This document shows positions 25,796 through 33,640 of a DNA stretch of 33,640 bases, one piece after another. The DNA comes from Deltaproteobacteria bacterium TL4 (GTDB lineage Bacteria > SAR324 > NAC60-12): contig JBBCAX010000174.1 in assembly GCA_051382335.1 (NCBI GenBank), positions 1 through 33,640 of the forward strand, read 5' to 3'. A program made the position numbers and the translations under genes. Position 1 is the stretch's first letter. Each line of letters opens with the position of its first letter. The notes under the pieces are model-generated. The model was not told the DNA's origin and made no database searches. It worked only from the letters and a program-made list of their open reading frames with translations.

Positions 25796-28700
25796 TTATT
25801 TGACTTCATATTGGAGTATGAGCTCATGCACATTTTCAACCCAGTCATTTGTAATAACTTTCAACTTAACCAGCTCTCCCCGCTTAAAACCGGTTATCGG
25901 TTGGCGATACAAATTTTTTGTGCCATCGTTGATCTGATAAAATACATCTTTAATGCCAATATGCTGATCTTGGACAGAGATATAAATAAACGTATTTGTA
26001 GAGATCTCTAAGACGTTTGCTTTGCCGGAGGGATGCGGTGTCCGATTGTAACTGATTGTAATTTCAGGAGGATTCGCATCCACAAAAAAAGACGTTGTCT
26101 TGGAGGTTTCTTTATTTTTCACGCTATCCACGGCTAAATATTCCAGTGTGTAATCTCCAGACTTTTTAATAGAAAAAGGGTTGGAGTAATTCACAAATTG
26201 TCGATCATATTTATACAGAATTTTTTCAACGCCCGCATTACTGTCAGAGGCCACTAATCTAATTTGAGTCTGGCCATTGAGATACAGCTTGTTGTTATTG
26301 AGATATTGTACGCCCTCAAATTGATGATTCGTCTTTGGTGGAAGCGTATCGGTATAAAATTTGATGGTTTGGATTGGAGTCTGATTTTCTACAATATCCG
26401 TGCTATAAAAGGCGATAGAGTGAGGTCCCTCGTCATCAGGTAAAGGAATTATCGATTGATAGGGGACAAAAGGAGCTTGGTCCACTCGGTACAAAAGCGA
26501 TTTCAACTCGGTTTCCCGTTCTGTGGCCCGCAACATCATTTTACTTTTGGTGGAAAGATAAAGCTGCTCTTTCCTGATAAATTGATTTCCAATGAGGTTA
26601 GAGACCAGTTCCGGAGGGGTGTGGTCCAGAGCGAATCGCATCGAACGAAGCTCTTCCTGATTTCCCACATTATCTACGGCGTAATAAGACAGGATGTGCT
26701 TCCCCTCGCTCAAGGCACCCAATTCTTTTGCTCCTAACGGACCGGAATAAATTTGCTTTTCCCCTTGATCAAAAAAATAATAGAGGCGTTGTACTCCCGA
26801 TAAACCATCTCGCGAGGATAGAATGATTTTTGATTTAGAGGATAAAACTTTTCCAAAAAAAGGAGCTTCCACCGCATAATTCGATTTGGGAGGAGTCACA
26901 TCGACAGTGAACTGAAGCTGGTGTATCTCCTCTGCATTTCCAACATAATCCACTGAGTAATATTGAACGATGTAGTCTTTTTCATTGAAAAACTGCTTTA
27001 TAGGAGACTGGTAGGGCGCAAAGACTGAACCATTAATTGAGAACAAAACCTTCATCACTCCTGAATTAATCCCTTCCTGTTTATCGTCAGCACTGAGACT
27101 CAGGACCAGTCCATCACTATAAAAAATTTGTTTGGTGGTCACATATTTCTTTGCTACTGAAAGGGTTTCTTCTGTCCTTGGAGGAATAGCATCAATAGTG
27201 ACCTGAGATTCATATTTTGAGGCAGCGGCACTCGCCTTGATTTTATTTTTTCCATGCTGATTAAAAAAGAGAGGTTGAGGATCTTTCTCTTTAGGATCAT
27301 AGGCCAACAAAAAACTGGGTGCGCCCTCCTTAGGGGAATCCGAAATCCTGATAAAAAATTCCAGGCCTCTTGCCCCAATCAATCCATGCTTCTCGCTGAA
27401 GTACCACCGATTATCCAATTTGTCCTGAGCTGCGGTCTTTTTCGATTTTTTTAAGGTATTATCCACAATCACCCGCAGGGTTTTTTTGTTCTCCTGATTA
27501 TGCACATAATCCGTCGCATAATACACCATTTCATATTGTCCATCTTTTTGAAAACCCAAGGTGTCTTTATAACTTTGACATCCCGCTCCGTTCATGCAGA
27601 TCTGTATCTCCTTGACGCCAGATTCCATATCTACAGAAGTTAAGGAGATTTGAGTTTGAGAGTCAATCACCATATCGGCCCCGTTGCGGTAAGCGGTACC
27701 GTTCATGCTATATTCCGTCGAAGGCGGAGTTAAGTCCACAAAGGCTCTGAGCTTTTTTTCCTGGCTGTTCTTTACCTGATCAATGGCTGAGTAATTAAAA
27801 GGAATCATCCCTTCTGTTTGAGGCAAAAGGAAAGGCTTGGCATAAAGAACGGGCGGTTGTCCCTCAAACTGATAATAAACTTTATCAACCCCTGCTTTGT
27901 TGTCGCTGGCATGAATCATAAATTCAGTTTGAGGAGAAACATATAAAACATTATTGTAGTAGTAATGTATGCCTTCAACCGAAACAGATATCTCGGGAGG
28001 CGAAAGATCATGAAAGAAATCAAATTGTTTGAGGGTTTCCTGATTGCGAACCTTATCTTCCGCATAGTATGACAGCGTATGCTTGCCTTCCGCTAATTCC
28101 TCAACCAAAATTGCTTCACGGTAGGTTTGTTTGGGATTTTGATCCAGTTGATAACTGATCTGTGACACCCCCGACAAATTATCACCACTTTTTAATGCGA
28201 TTTGAGTTTGGGAGGCCAAGATATTCCCCGTATAGATGCCACTCAACACAACCTGTGTTGCGGGGGCAGTGACATCCACGTCAAACTCAAGCACGTTGTC
28301 TCTTTCGACATTTCCCACATGGTCGATCGCATAGTAATAGGCCACAAAATGATGATCTGAACTATAATCAGGAACGTATTCCGAAAACAGTTGATAGGGT
28401 TTTTGATCTAATGAAATGTAAACGTATTCAACTCCTGAAAGCGCATCTTCCGTTTTTAGTGCGACCTGGAGTCCTCTTCCAAAAATCAGTTGCTGATTCG
28501 CGCGATATTGAGGCGCATTAGAAAAGAGAATTTGTGTTTTTGGTGCCGTTCCATCAACATTAAGGGTATAATTTAACGCTTCAACCAGAGGATTTTTTAT
28601 CACATTCGCCCCTTCGGGCAAGAACAAGGGCACTGGCTTTTTGACAGGATCCACCTTATGGAGTGTCTGCACTTGTGATGGATTGGGAGTGCTGGAAATA

Positions 28701-28882
28701 TGCAAAAAAACGGGCAAACTTTCAGGAATATAAAGTTTCCCCTCAGGACTGGTATAATAATGTTTGTCGTGAGGGTGCTTCAATGGCGTCACCTTCGTTT
28801 TTGCAAAGACAGACGCTTCAAAAAAACCCCAATTTAAAAATAGAATGACAATAAAAATAATGTTGGTAATCAGGGTTGACAT
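25796..28882 (-). CDS. Secreted OmpL47-type Ig-like repeat protein (1028 aa)
   Basis: Signal peptide. About nine ~90-aa repeats of D.TPP.T...D..SGV..I.Y..D...Y......G.H.L.YYA.D.VGN.E. Confidence 0.85.
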   Translation of the reverse strand: MSTLITNIIFIVILFLNWGFFEASVFAKTKVTPLKHPHDKHYYTSPEGKLYIPESLPVFLHISSTPNPSQVQTLHKVDPVKKPVPLFLPEGANVIKNPLVEALNYTLNVDGTAPKTQILFSNAPQYRANQQLIFGRGLQVALKTEDALSGVEYVYISLDQKPYQLFSEYVPDYSSDHHFVAYYYAIDHVGNVERDNVLEFDVDVTAPATQVVLSGIYTGNILASQTQIALKSGDNLSGVSQISYQLDQNPKQTYREAILVEELAEGKHTLSYYAEDKVRNQETLKQFDFFHDLSPPEISVSVEGIHYYYNNVLYVSPQTEFMIHASDNKAGVDKVYYQFEGQPPVLYAKPFLLPQTEGMIPFNYSAIDQVKNSQEKKLRAFVDLTPPSTEYSMNGTAYRNGADMVIDSQTQISLTSVDMESGVKEIQICMNGAGCQSYKDTLGFQKDGQYEMVYYATDYVHNQENKKTLRVIVDNTLKKSKKTAAQDKLDNRWYFSEKHGLIGARGLEFFIRISDSPKEGAPSFLLAYDPKEKDPQPLFFNQHGKNKIKASAAASKYESQVTIDAIPPRTEETLSVAKKYVTTKQIFYSDGLVLSLSADDKQEGINSGVMKVLFSINGSVFAPYQSPIKQFFNEKDYIVQYYSVDYVGNAEEIHQLQFTVDVTPPKSNYAVEAPFFGKVLSSKSKIILSSRDGLSGVQRLYYFFDQGEKQIYSGPLGAKELGALSEGKHILSYYAVDNVGNQEELRSMRFALDHTPPELVSNLIGNQFIRKEQLYLSTKSKMMLRATERETELKSLLYRVDQAPFVPYQSIIPLPDDEGPHSIAFYSTDIVENQTPIQTIKFYTDTLPPKTNHQFEGVQYLNNNKLYLNGQTQIRLVASDSNAGVEKILYKYDRQFVNYSNPFSIKKSGDYTLEYLAVDSVKNKETSKTTSFFVDANPPEITISYNRTPHPSGKANVLEISTNTFIYISVQDQHIGIKDVFYQINDGTKNLYRQPITGFKRGELVKLKVITNDWVENVHELILQYEVK

Positions 28883-28983
28883 AAGTTCAGTGTTTCCAAG
28901 TCAAGGCTAATGGCCTAATGCAGGACACGGGTTTTTAACTTTAACGTAAAGGCTCCGAGAGCGCAAAGGTACCGTAATAACCG

Positions 28984-30765
28984 CTATTTTCTGTCAGAGA
29001 TTTTAAATTTAACTATTTTATCAGCGACATTGTCGACTTTGTCAATCGCTTGAATCTTCAACTCAAAATCACCTGCCTTCGCAAAAAACGCCGTTTGCTG
29101 CTCTGGAGGCACAGGCGTGTTATTCAACGAGTACTTAACGCTGCTGACACCAGCAGAATCATCAATAGCCGTAACAAACAAGGTCGTATAAACAGGATAA
29201 ACATTGATGGAATTTCCATCTTTATCTTTTAATGTTTGAGTCGGTTCGATACTGAAGACCTCAATAATGTTTGGTGGTTCTGTGTCCACAATCAATAAGG
29301 TAGGTGTAAACATTTCCTGATTGTTAACATTATCCGCTGCCCAATATCTAAAAAGATACTGCCCCTTTTCCGCGACACTGATGGGAGTTGTGTATTCTTG
29401 AACCGGATTTTTCGCAATCTGATAAACCACTTTTTGGACACCCGACAGATCATCCGCAGAACTTAATTCAATGGTTGTTTTATCTGTAATCCACAATACC
29501 CCTTCGCCTTGAGCGTGGTGCGACCCCTTGATCGTATGTTTTGATTTCGGAGGTATCAAATCCATCACTAACGGCAATTTTTCTACAGAACTTAGATTAC
29601 TTAGCGCATCATAAGCCTGATAAAAAATGACAAAATCGCCAGATTTAAAGGGCGGAGCAAAAGGATTGACATATTTGTTGAAGGGTTCCTCATTGATTTT
29701 ATATTCAATTTTCTGAATATCCACCTTGTTATCCACCGCGCTATAGTTAAAACGAGTGCGTGGAGAAACATAGGTTATATCTTTATTGGTATAACGATCC
29801 CCAAGATACTCATAGCTGACTTTAGGAGGATTCCGATCCAGATAAAAAGTGTAAGTCCGATCTACTTCACGATTTTCCACATTGTCAATTGCCAAATAAG
29901 TCAGGACATGCGCCCCATCAGAAAGCGCATCCACTTTAATGCCTAAAGAGGTGTTGTAAATTTTAAACTCTTTTTCATCATCAAACTTATACAGAATTTT
30001 TTGGACACCTGCTAAATTATCTCCGCTTTTTAGCCAAATCCGTGATTGCAGCGAAAGGGTGTCTCCGATGAGATTAGTTGTGGCTTTATGGGAGGTATTA
30101 GGCGTTGCTAAATCCACAATATACTGCAGGAATTCCGGATTACTGGCGTATCCCACCTTATCCACAGCATAATAGCGGATATGGTATTCCTTCTCTTGAT
30201 CAAAGAGAAGTGTTTTTTCATAAGGCACGAAAGGTTTTCCGTCCACAGAATAATAAGTGGTTTCCACACCGGACAGATCGTCAATCGACTTGATGGTTCC
30301 TTTTAATCCAACACCATAAAAAGTTGTTTTATCTTCAGAAATATACTTGGGCGCATCAAATAAAGTAACTTCTGAAGCAGGCGCTGCGCCATCCGCAATG
30401 AATTTATAGAGGACTTCATCTTTTGAAACAAAATTAACCCAGCGCACAAACTGACGGCCTGGAATTTCCAGTTGAATCCCATTTTGGGGAGATACTACGT
30501 TTTTTAGACTGGATTCCTCATGCAGTTGCTCCAGCAGAAAGCTTGGGGCATCATCCTTGGGAGAGCTGGCCAGCCTGATCCAAAAAGGTTTGGACATCGG
30601 CCAAAATACCAGTTGATTAGGGCTGACGTACACCTTTCTGGTGTGTTTCAAGGGTTGAGACATCTTGTTTTCAACAGGTTCCTGCGTCTTTTCTTCGGAA
30701 AATGCCGACGTGGAATAAAAACAAAGCACCAAAACCACGAGATAGAGTAATAATTTCCGCATCAT
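28984..30765 (-). CDS. Secreted OmpL47-type Ig-like repeat protein (593 aa), paralogue of the downstream gene
   Basis: Signal peptide (AFS cleavage). About five repeats with DDLSGV/DNLAGV...YYAVDKVG/LAIDNVEN motifs. Confidence 0.85.
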   Translation of the reverse strand: MMRKLLLYLVVLVLCFYSTSAFSEEKTQEPVENKMSQPLKHTRKVYVSPNQLVFWPMSKPFWIRLASSPKDDAPSFLLEQLHEESSLKNVVSPQNGIQLEIPGRQFVRWVNFVSKDEVLYKFIADGAAPASEVTLFDAPKYISEDKTTFYGVGLKGTIKSIDDLSGVETTYYSVDGKPFVPYEKTLLFDQEKEYHIRYYAVDKVGYASNPEFLQYIVDLATPNTSHKATTNLIGDTLSLQSRIWLKSGDNLAGVQKILYKFDDEKEFKIYNTSLGIKVDALSDGAHVLTYLAIDNVENREVDRTYTFYLDRNPPKVSYEYLGDRYTNKDITYVSPRTRFNYSAVDNKVDIQKIEYKINEEPFNKYVNPFAPPFKSGDFVIFYQAYDALSNLSSVEKLPLVMDLIPPKSKHTIKGSHHAQGEGVLWITDKTTIELSSADDLSGVQKVVYQIAKNPVQEYTTPISVAEKGQYLFRYWAADNVNNQEMFTPTLLIVDTEPPNIIEVFSIEPTQTLKDKDGNSINVYPVYTTLFVTAIDDSAGVSSVKYSLNNTPVPPEQQTAFFAKAGDFELKIQAIDKVDNVADKIVKFKISDRK

Positions 30766-31194
30766 TTCTTTATGGAATAAGGGTGAACAAGAAGATTAAA
30801 GCATTAAGTCCAGTGAATGTGAGTTTCATTTCACATATTGAGCCACAGGGAGTCAAAGACGCCATATTACACAAACTTTAGAAGAACCCATGGGCCGTCT
30901 TCCTGGTTGAGAATCTCCAGACTCTTTAAACACTACAAAACGCGCAAGAACTGCCATGGGAAACCCAGCGAAACGTAGACATTTCCTTTTTAATTTCCAT
31001 TATCTCGGCGCTAACATTGATTGTTGCGGCAAAAACTTGTTATTTTGAGCGAATGTCTTAAAAAGAAGGACACGAGTGTTTAAGGTCAATTTACAAAGTA
31101 AAAAACCACCCCTCTTCTTATAAAAAAAAACGGAGTATGTCCATATAAATGTGTTGCCGTTTTTTGAAATAAAAATAACGCGGAAAGGTTATCT

Positions 31195-31734
31195 ATGGAA
31201 ACATCCATCTTACATATTTCAAAAATTTTTAGAAATGCCATCATCAATATCATTGAACGGTCCTGTCAGTTCAAGATCTCAGCGTCAAAAACGGCACAGT
31301 TTGTACCCTCAATTCAACTTTCTGAGCAGATTGGCACCTTTGTGAGTTTCCATGGAAATTATGGGGGACTCATGGTCATCAATTTTTCAGGCGATGCGGC
31401 CTTGGAGATCGTTCAGGCCTCTTTAAAAACAATGGGAATGCCGGAAGAAGATATTCCCACCCACTATATGTCCGATGATGTCCGAAACTCTTTAGGCGAA
31501 TTAGTCAATCATATTATCGGCAAAGCACGTACCGATATTCAAGTCCATTATGAACTGACGGCACAAGCGACAATCCCCGCGGTTGTGCCTATCACCACGC
31601 CCATCGGTCTCTTTTTTGAAAAAGTCGCCTCCGTTGATAATCCTTGTATTCGTCTATCTTTTTATACGCCAGGCAAGAATCGTTTTCAAATGGAACTGAC
31701 CATGGAACCCTCAAGGTTTGTGAACTTGCCTTAA
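31195..31734 (+). CDS. CheX-like protein (DUF3334 family)
   Basis: IGTFVSFHGNYGGLMVINFS...AALE...MGMPEEDI...SDDVRNSLGELVNHIIG contains the CheC/CheX ExxN motif. Confidence 0.8.
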   Translation: METSILHISKIFRNAIINIIERSCQFKISASKTAQFVPSIQLSEQIGTFVSFHGNYGGLMVINFSGDAALEIVQASLKTMGMPEEDIPTHYMSDDVRNSLGELVNHIIGKARTDIQVHYELTAQATIPAVVPITTPIGLFFEKVASVDNPCIRLSFYTPGKNRFQMELTMEPSRFVNLP

Positions 31735-31786
31735 GTTTCAAAAGTGAAAAATTAACCCGCTGAAAGTCTAACGAAAGTTACGGAGT

Positions 31787-32590
31787 ATGGGACAGCCCAC
31801 AAATTATTTTGAGCAGGAGACAGAGGAAAGGTCGATAAAGTTTAATTTGATTTGGATTATAGGCGGTGTTCAGGAAACTGCGGCTTTTATAGAAAAACTA
31901 AAACCCCATTGGAATTACCTCGTTAGCGTTGCGACCGAAGTAGGGAAAGAATTTCTATCCGTTAAAAATGTGGTTGTCTCCCGCATGGATGTTTCGGAGA
32001 TGCTCACGTTCATGCGCAAACAGCAGGTCCAAGTCTGCGTTGATTTATCGCATCCTTATGCCCAGGAAGTCACTCAAAACGCAAAACTGGCCTGTGAACA
32101 ACTACGCGTCCACTACCTAAGATATCTGCGTCCCAAAACTTCCACTCAGAATGTTAACTATTTTAATGCCCTCACCGAATGTTTGGATTATTTAAAAACC
32201 ATCAAAGGCTGTGTGTTTTTTACAACCGGAAGCAAAAACATCGCTGAGTTTGAAAAAGTACGGGGAGCCAATCGTTTCGTTTACCGGGTGCTTCCGGCTC
32301 AACCGAGTCTGGACGCCTGTCAAAAAAACCAGGTAGCCACGAAAGATATTGTCGCCATTCTCGGTCCTTTGTCTGAAGAACTCAACATGGCCATGTTTCG
32401 AGAATATCAAGCGGACTATGTTGTGATGAAAGATTCCGGTCCACAGGGAGGAACCTTGGAAAAAATTGCGGCATGTCACCAGTTGAATATTCCCGCCTTG
32501 CTGATTGGCAGAGCACCACAGGAAGAAGGCCTAGCCGATTTAGAGCAAGTGGTACAACAAGTACATCAACTTTTGGAGAGAGACGCATGA
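31787..32590 (+). CDS. cobK: Precorrin-6A/cobalt-precorrin-6A reductase
   Basis: IWIIGG, VSVATE.G, VDLSHPYA, YLRYLRP, FFTTGSKN, GPLSEELN, VMKDSG..GGT.EKI.A. The start may be about 20 codons later. Confidence 0.92.
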   Translation: MGQPTNYFEQETEERSIKFNLIWIIGGVQETAAFIEKLKPHWNYLVSVATEVGKEFLSVKNVVVSRMDVSEMLTFMRKQQVQVCVDLSHPYAQEVTQNAKLACEQLRVHYLRYLRPKTSTQNVNYFNALTECLDYLKTIKGCVFFTTGSKNIAEFEKVRGANRFVYRVLPAQPSLDACQKNQVATKDIVAILGPLSEELNMAMFREYQADYVVMKDSGPQGGTLEKIAACHQLNIPALLIGRAPQEEGLADLEQVVQQVHQLLERDA

Positions 32591-33321
32591 AAGGCTTGAT
32601 TACGGCGATTCAAACACTTTCGTCGTTGCCGATACGACTCAAAGGAACCGCTCAGTTTGAACAGTCGCTTCCCTGGTTTGTCTGGGTAGGCGCGTTCTTG
32701 GGAAGTCTTTTGTATGTGGTTTCTCTATTATTTGAAAGGCTGGGGACGGCCTGGGCCGAAGGAATCGCTGTGGTCCTTTTGATTGTGAGTGTTCTGCTCA
32801 GCAGAGGCTTGCATCTTGACGGGCTTGCGGATTGGGCCGACGCGTTTTGGGGGGCTTACGACCGTGAGCGAACATTAGCCATTATGAAAGACTCCTTCCT
32901 GGGAACCTATGCCGTACTCGCGTTGATCCTCATCCTGCTTGCCAAATGGACCGCACTGGTCGCGTTGATCAAAGCCGACCAAACGCATTGGTTGATTGCC
33001 GCGTTTATCATTTCAAGAGTGATGCAGGTGGATCTTGCGGTATGGCTGCCTTATGCGCGGAAAACAGGAACCGCACAGTCTTTTGTTCAAGGCGCGAAGG
33101 GCTTTCACTGGATGGCCAACATGCTTCCTGCTTGTGTCTTGTTGTGGGGAATGTTTCAACTCAAGGGCCTCATGGCCTTATTCATGGGCTGGAGCGTTTG
33201 CCGTTTGATGGGACTATGGGCTAAAAAACGCATCGGTGGGGTCACCGGTGATGTATTAGGTGCCTGTAGCGAAATCGTTGAAACCTGTATCCTGCTTTTT
33301 TCAGGGTTTTTGTTAAATTGA
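32587..33321 (+). CDS. cobS: Adenosylcobinamide-GDP ribazoletransferase (cobalamin synthase)
   Basis: GLHLDGLADWADA, LAIMKDS..GTYAV, IGGVTGDVLGA..E. The true start is ATG 32587 (ATGA overlap with cobK). Confidence 0.94.
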   Translation: MKGLITAIQTLSSLPIRLKGTAQFEQSLPWFVWVGAFLGSLLYVVSLLFERLGTAWAEGIAVVLLIVSVLLSRGLHLDGLADWADAFWGAYDRERTLAIMKDSFLGTYAVLALILILLAKWTALVALIKADQTHWLIAAFIISRVMQVDLAVWLPYARKTGTAQSFVQGAKGFHWMANMLPACVLLWGMFQLKGLMALFMGWSVCRLMGLWAKKRIGGVTGDVLGACSEIVETCILLFSGFLLN

Positions 33322-33447
33322 GAATCGATTTTACTTTGAGGCTGGGATGCTTTAAGCTGTAAAGAAGAGTCGCGAAATATTATTCTTTTCAAGAACCTTC
33401 CTCTTTGGTGGGATAGACGCGGCAAAAGGAGAAGGACAGGAGGATTC

Positions 33448-33640
33448 ATGCTCAAACCCGGTGTTCGGAATATCGCCTATGGGGTGGCGGATTTTGAGGA
33501 AATTCGTCTCAAAAATGATTATTACGTTGATAAAACACGCTTCATTCCGCTTTTGGAAGAAAACCGTTATATCTTTTTTATTCGTCCCCGCCGCTTCGGA
33601 AAATCGCTCTGGGTTTCTGTTCTGGAGACCTATTATGATA
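33448..33640 (+). CDS. AAA-ATPase-like family protein (usually with a C-terminal PD-(D/E)XK domain), partial; runs off the window
   Basis: RBS AGGAGG. MLKPGVRNIAYGVADFEEIRLKNDYYVDKTRFI...FIRPRRFGKSL (YYVDKT and RPRRFGKS signatures). Not in the supplied ORF track. Confidence 0.88.
   Translation, partial: MLKPGVRNIAYGVADFEEIRLKNDYYVDKTRFIPLLEENRYIFFIRPRRFGKSLWVSVLETYYD

Noticed and set aside
8096..30750. Numerous short plus-strand and nested ORFs in the track
   Set aside because: They are antisense or out-of-frame shadows of well-supported long genes, with no recognisable motifs.
30766..31194. Cobalamin or c-di-GMP riboswitch, or sigma-54 promoter, in the divergent intergenic region
   Set aside because: No complete B12-box or GEMM consensus was seen, and the TGGCA...TTGC on the minus strand near 30950 has the wrong spacing.
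32473..32586. N-terminal extension of cobS
   Set aside because: It overlaps cobK; the ATGA-coupled start at 32587 is more plausible.

Overview
Bacterial window in three parts. (1) 1-6.9 kb is a mobile-element graveyard built on a shattered type I restriction-modification locus. It holds an ISKra4-like IS (perfect 22-bp IRs, transposase split by a +1 shift at an A9 run), an intact YhcG/DUF1016 nuclease, and hsdS, hsdR and dinD-like fragments. It also holds two MITE-like elements, an intact orphan hflKC pair, group II intron maturase and IS1-like remnants, and a DUF1778 antitoxin whose toxin is truncated. (2) 7-30.8 kb is a long minus-strand run. In transcription order it encodes two OmpL47-type Ig-repeat secreted proteins, a beta-propeller/Y_Y_Y membrane sensor ending in five MshEN-like repeats, and a 1280-aa chimeric channel (STAS-like + LIV-type binding domain + pentameric ligand-gated channel-like extracellular domain + MscS + cNMP-binding). 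Next come a five-gene aminoacyl-carrier operon (unknown 545-aa protein, DltA-like adenylation enzyme, carrier protein, formyltransferase, AAC(3)-family transferase), a MITE with an 8-bp target duplication, a tripartite RND efflux pump and a CDF transporter. (3) 31.2-33.6 kb is on the plus strand: a CheX-like DUF3334 protein, cobK, cobS and the start of an AAA-ATPase-like gene. The best candidates for undescribed biology are the chimeric channel with its sensor operon and the formyl-aminoacyl transfer operon. All family calls are from motif recognition by eye; no database searches were run.
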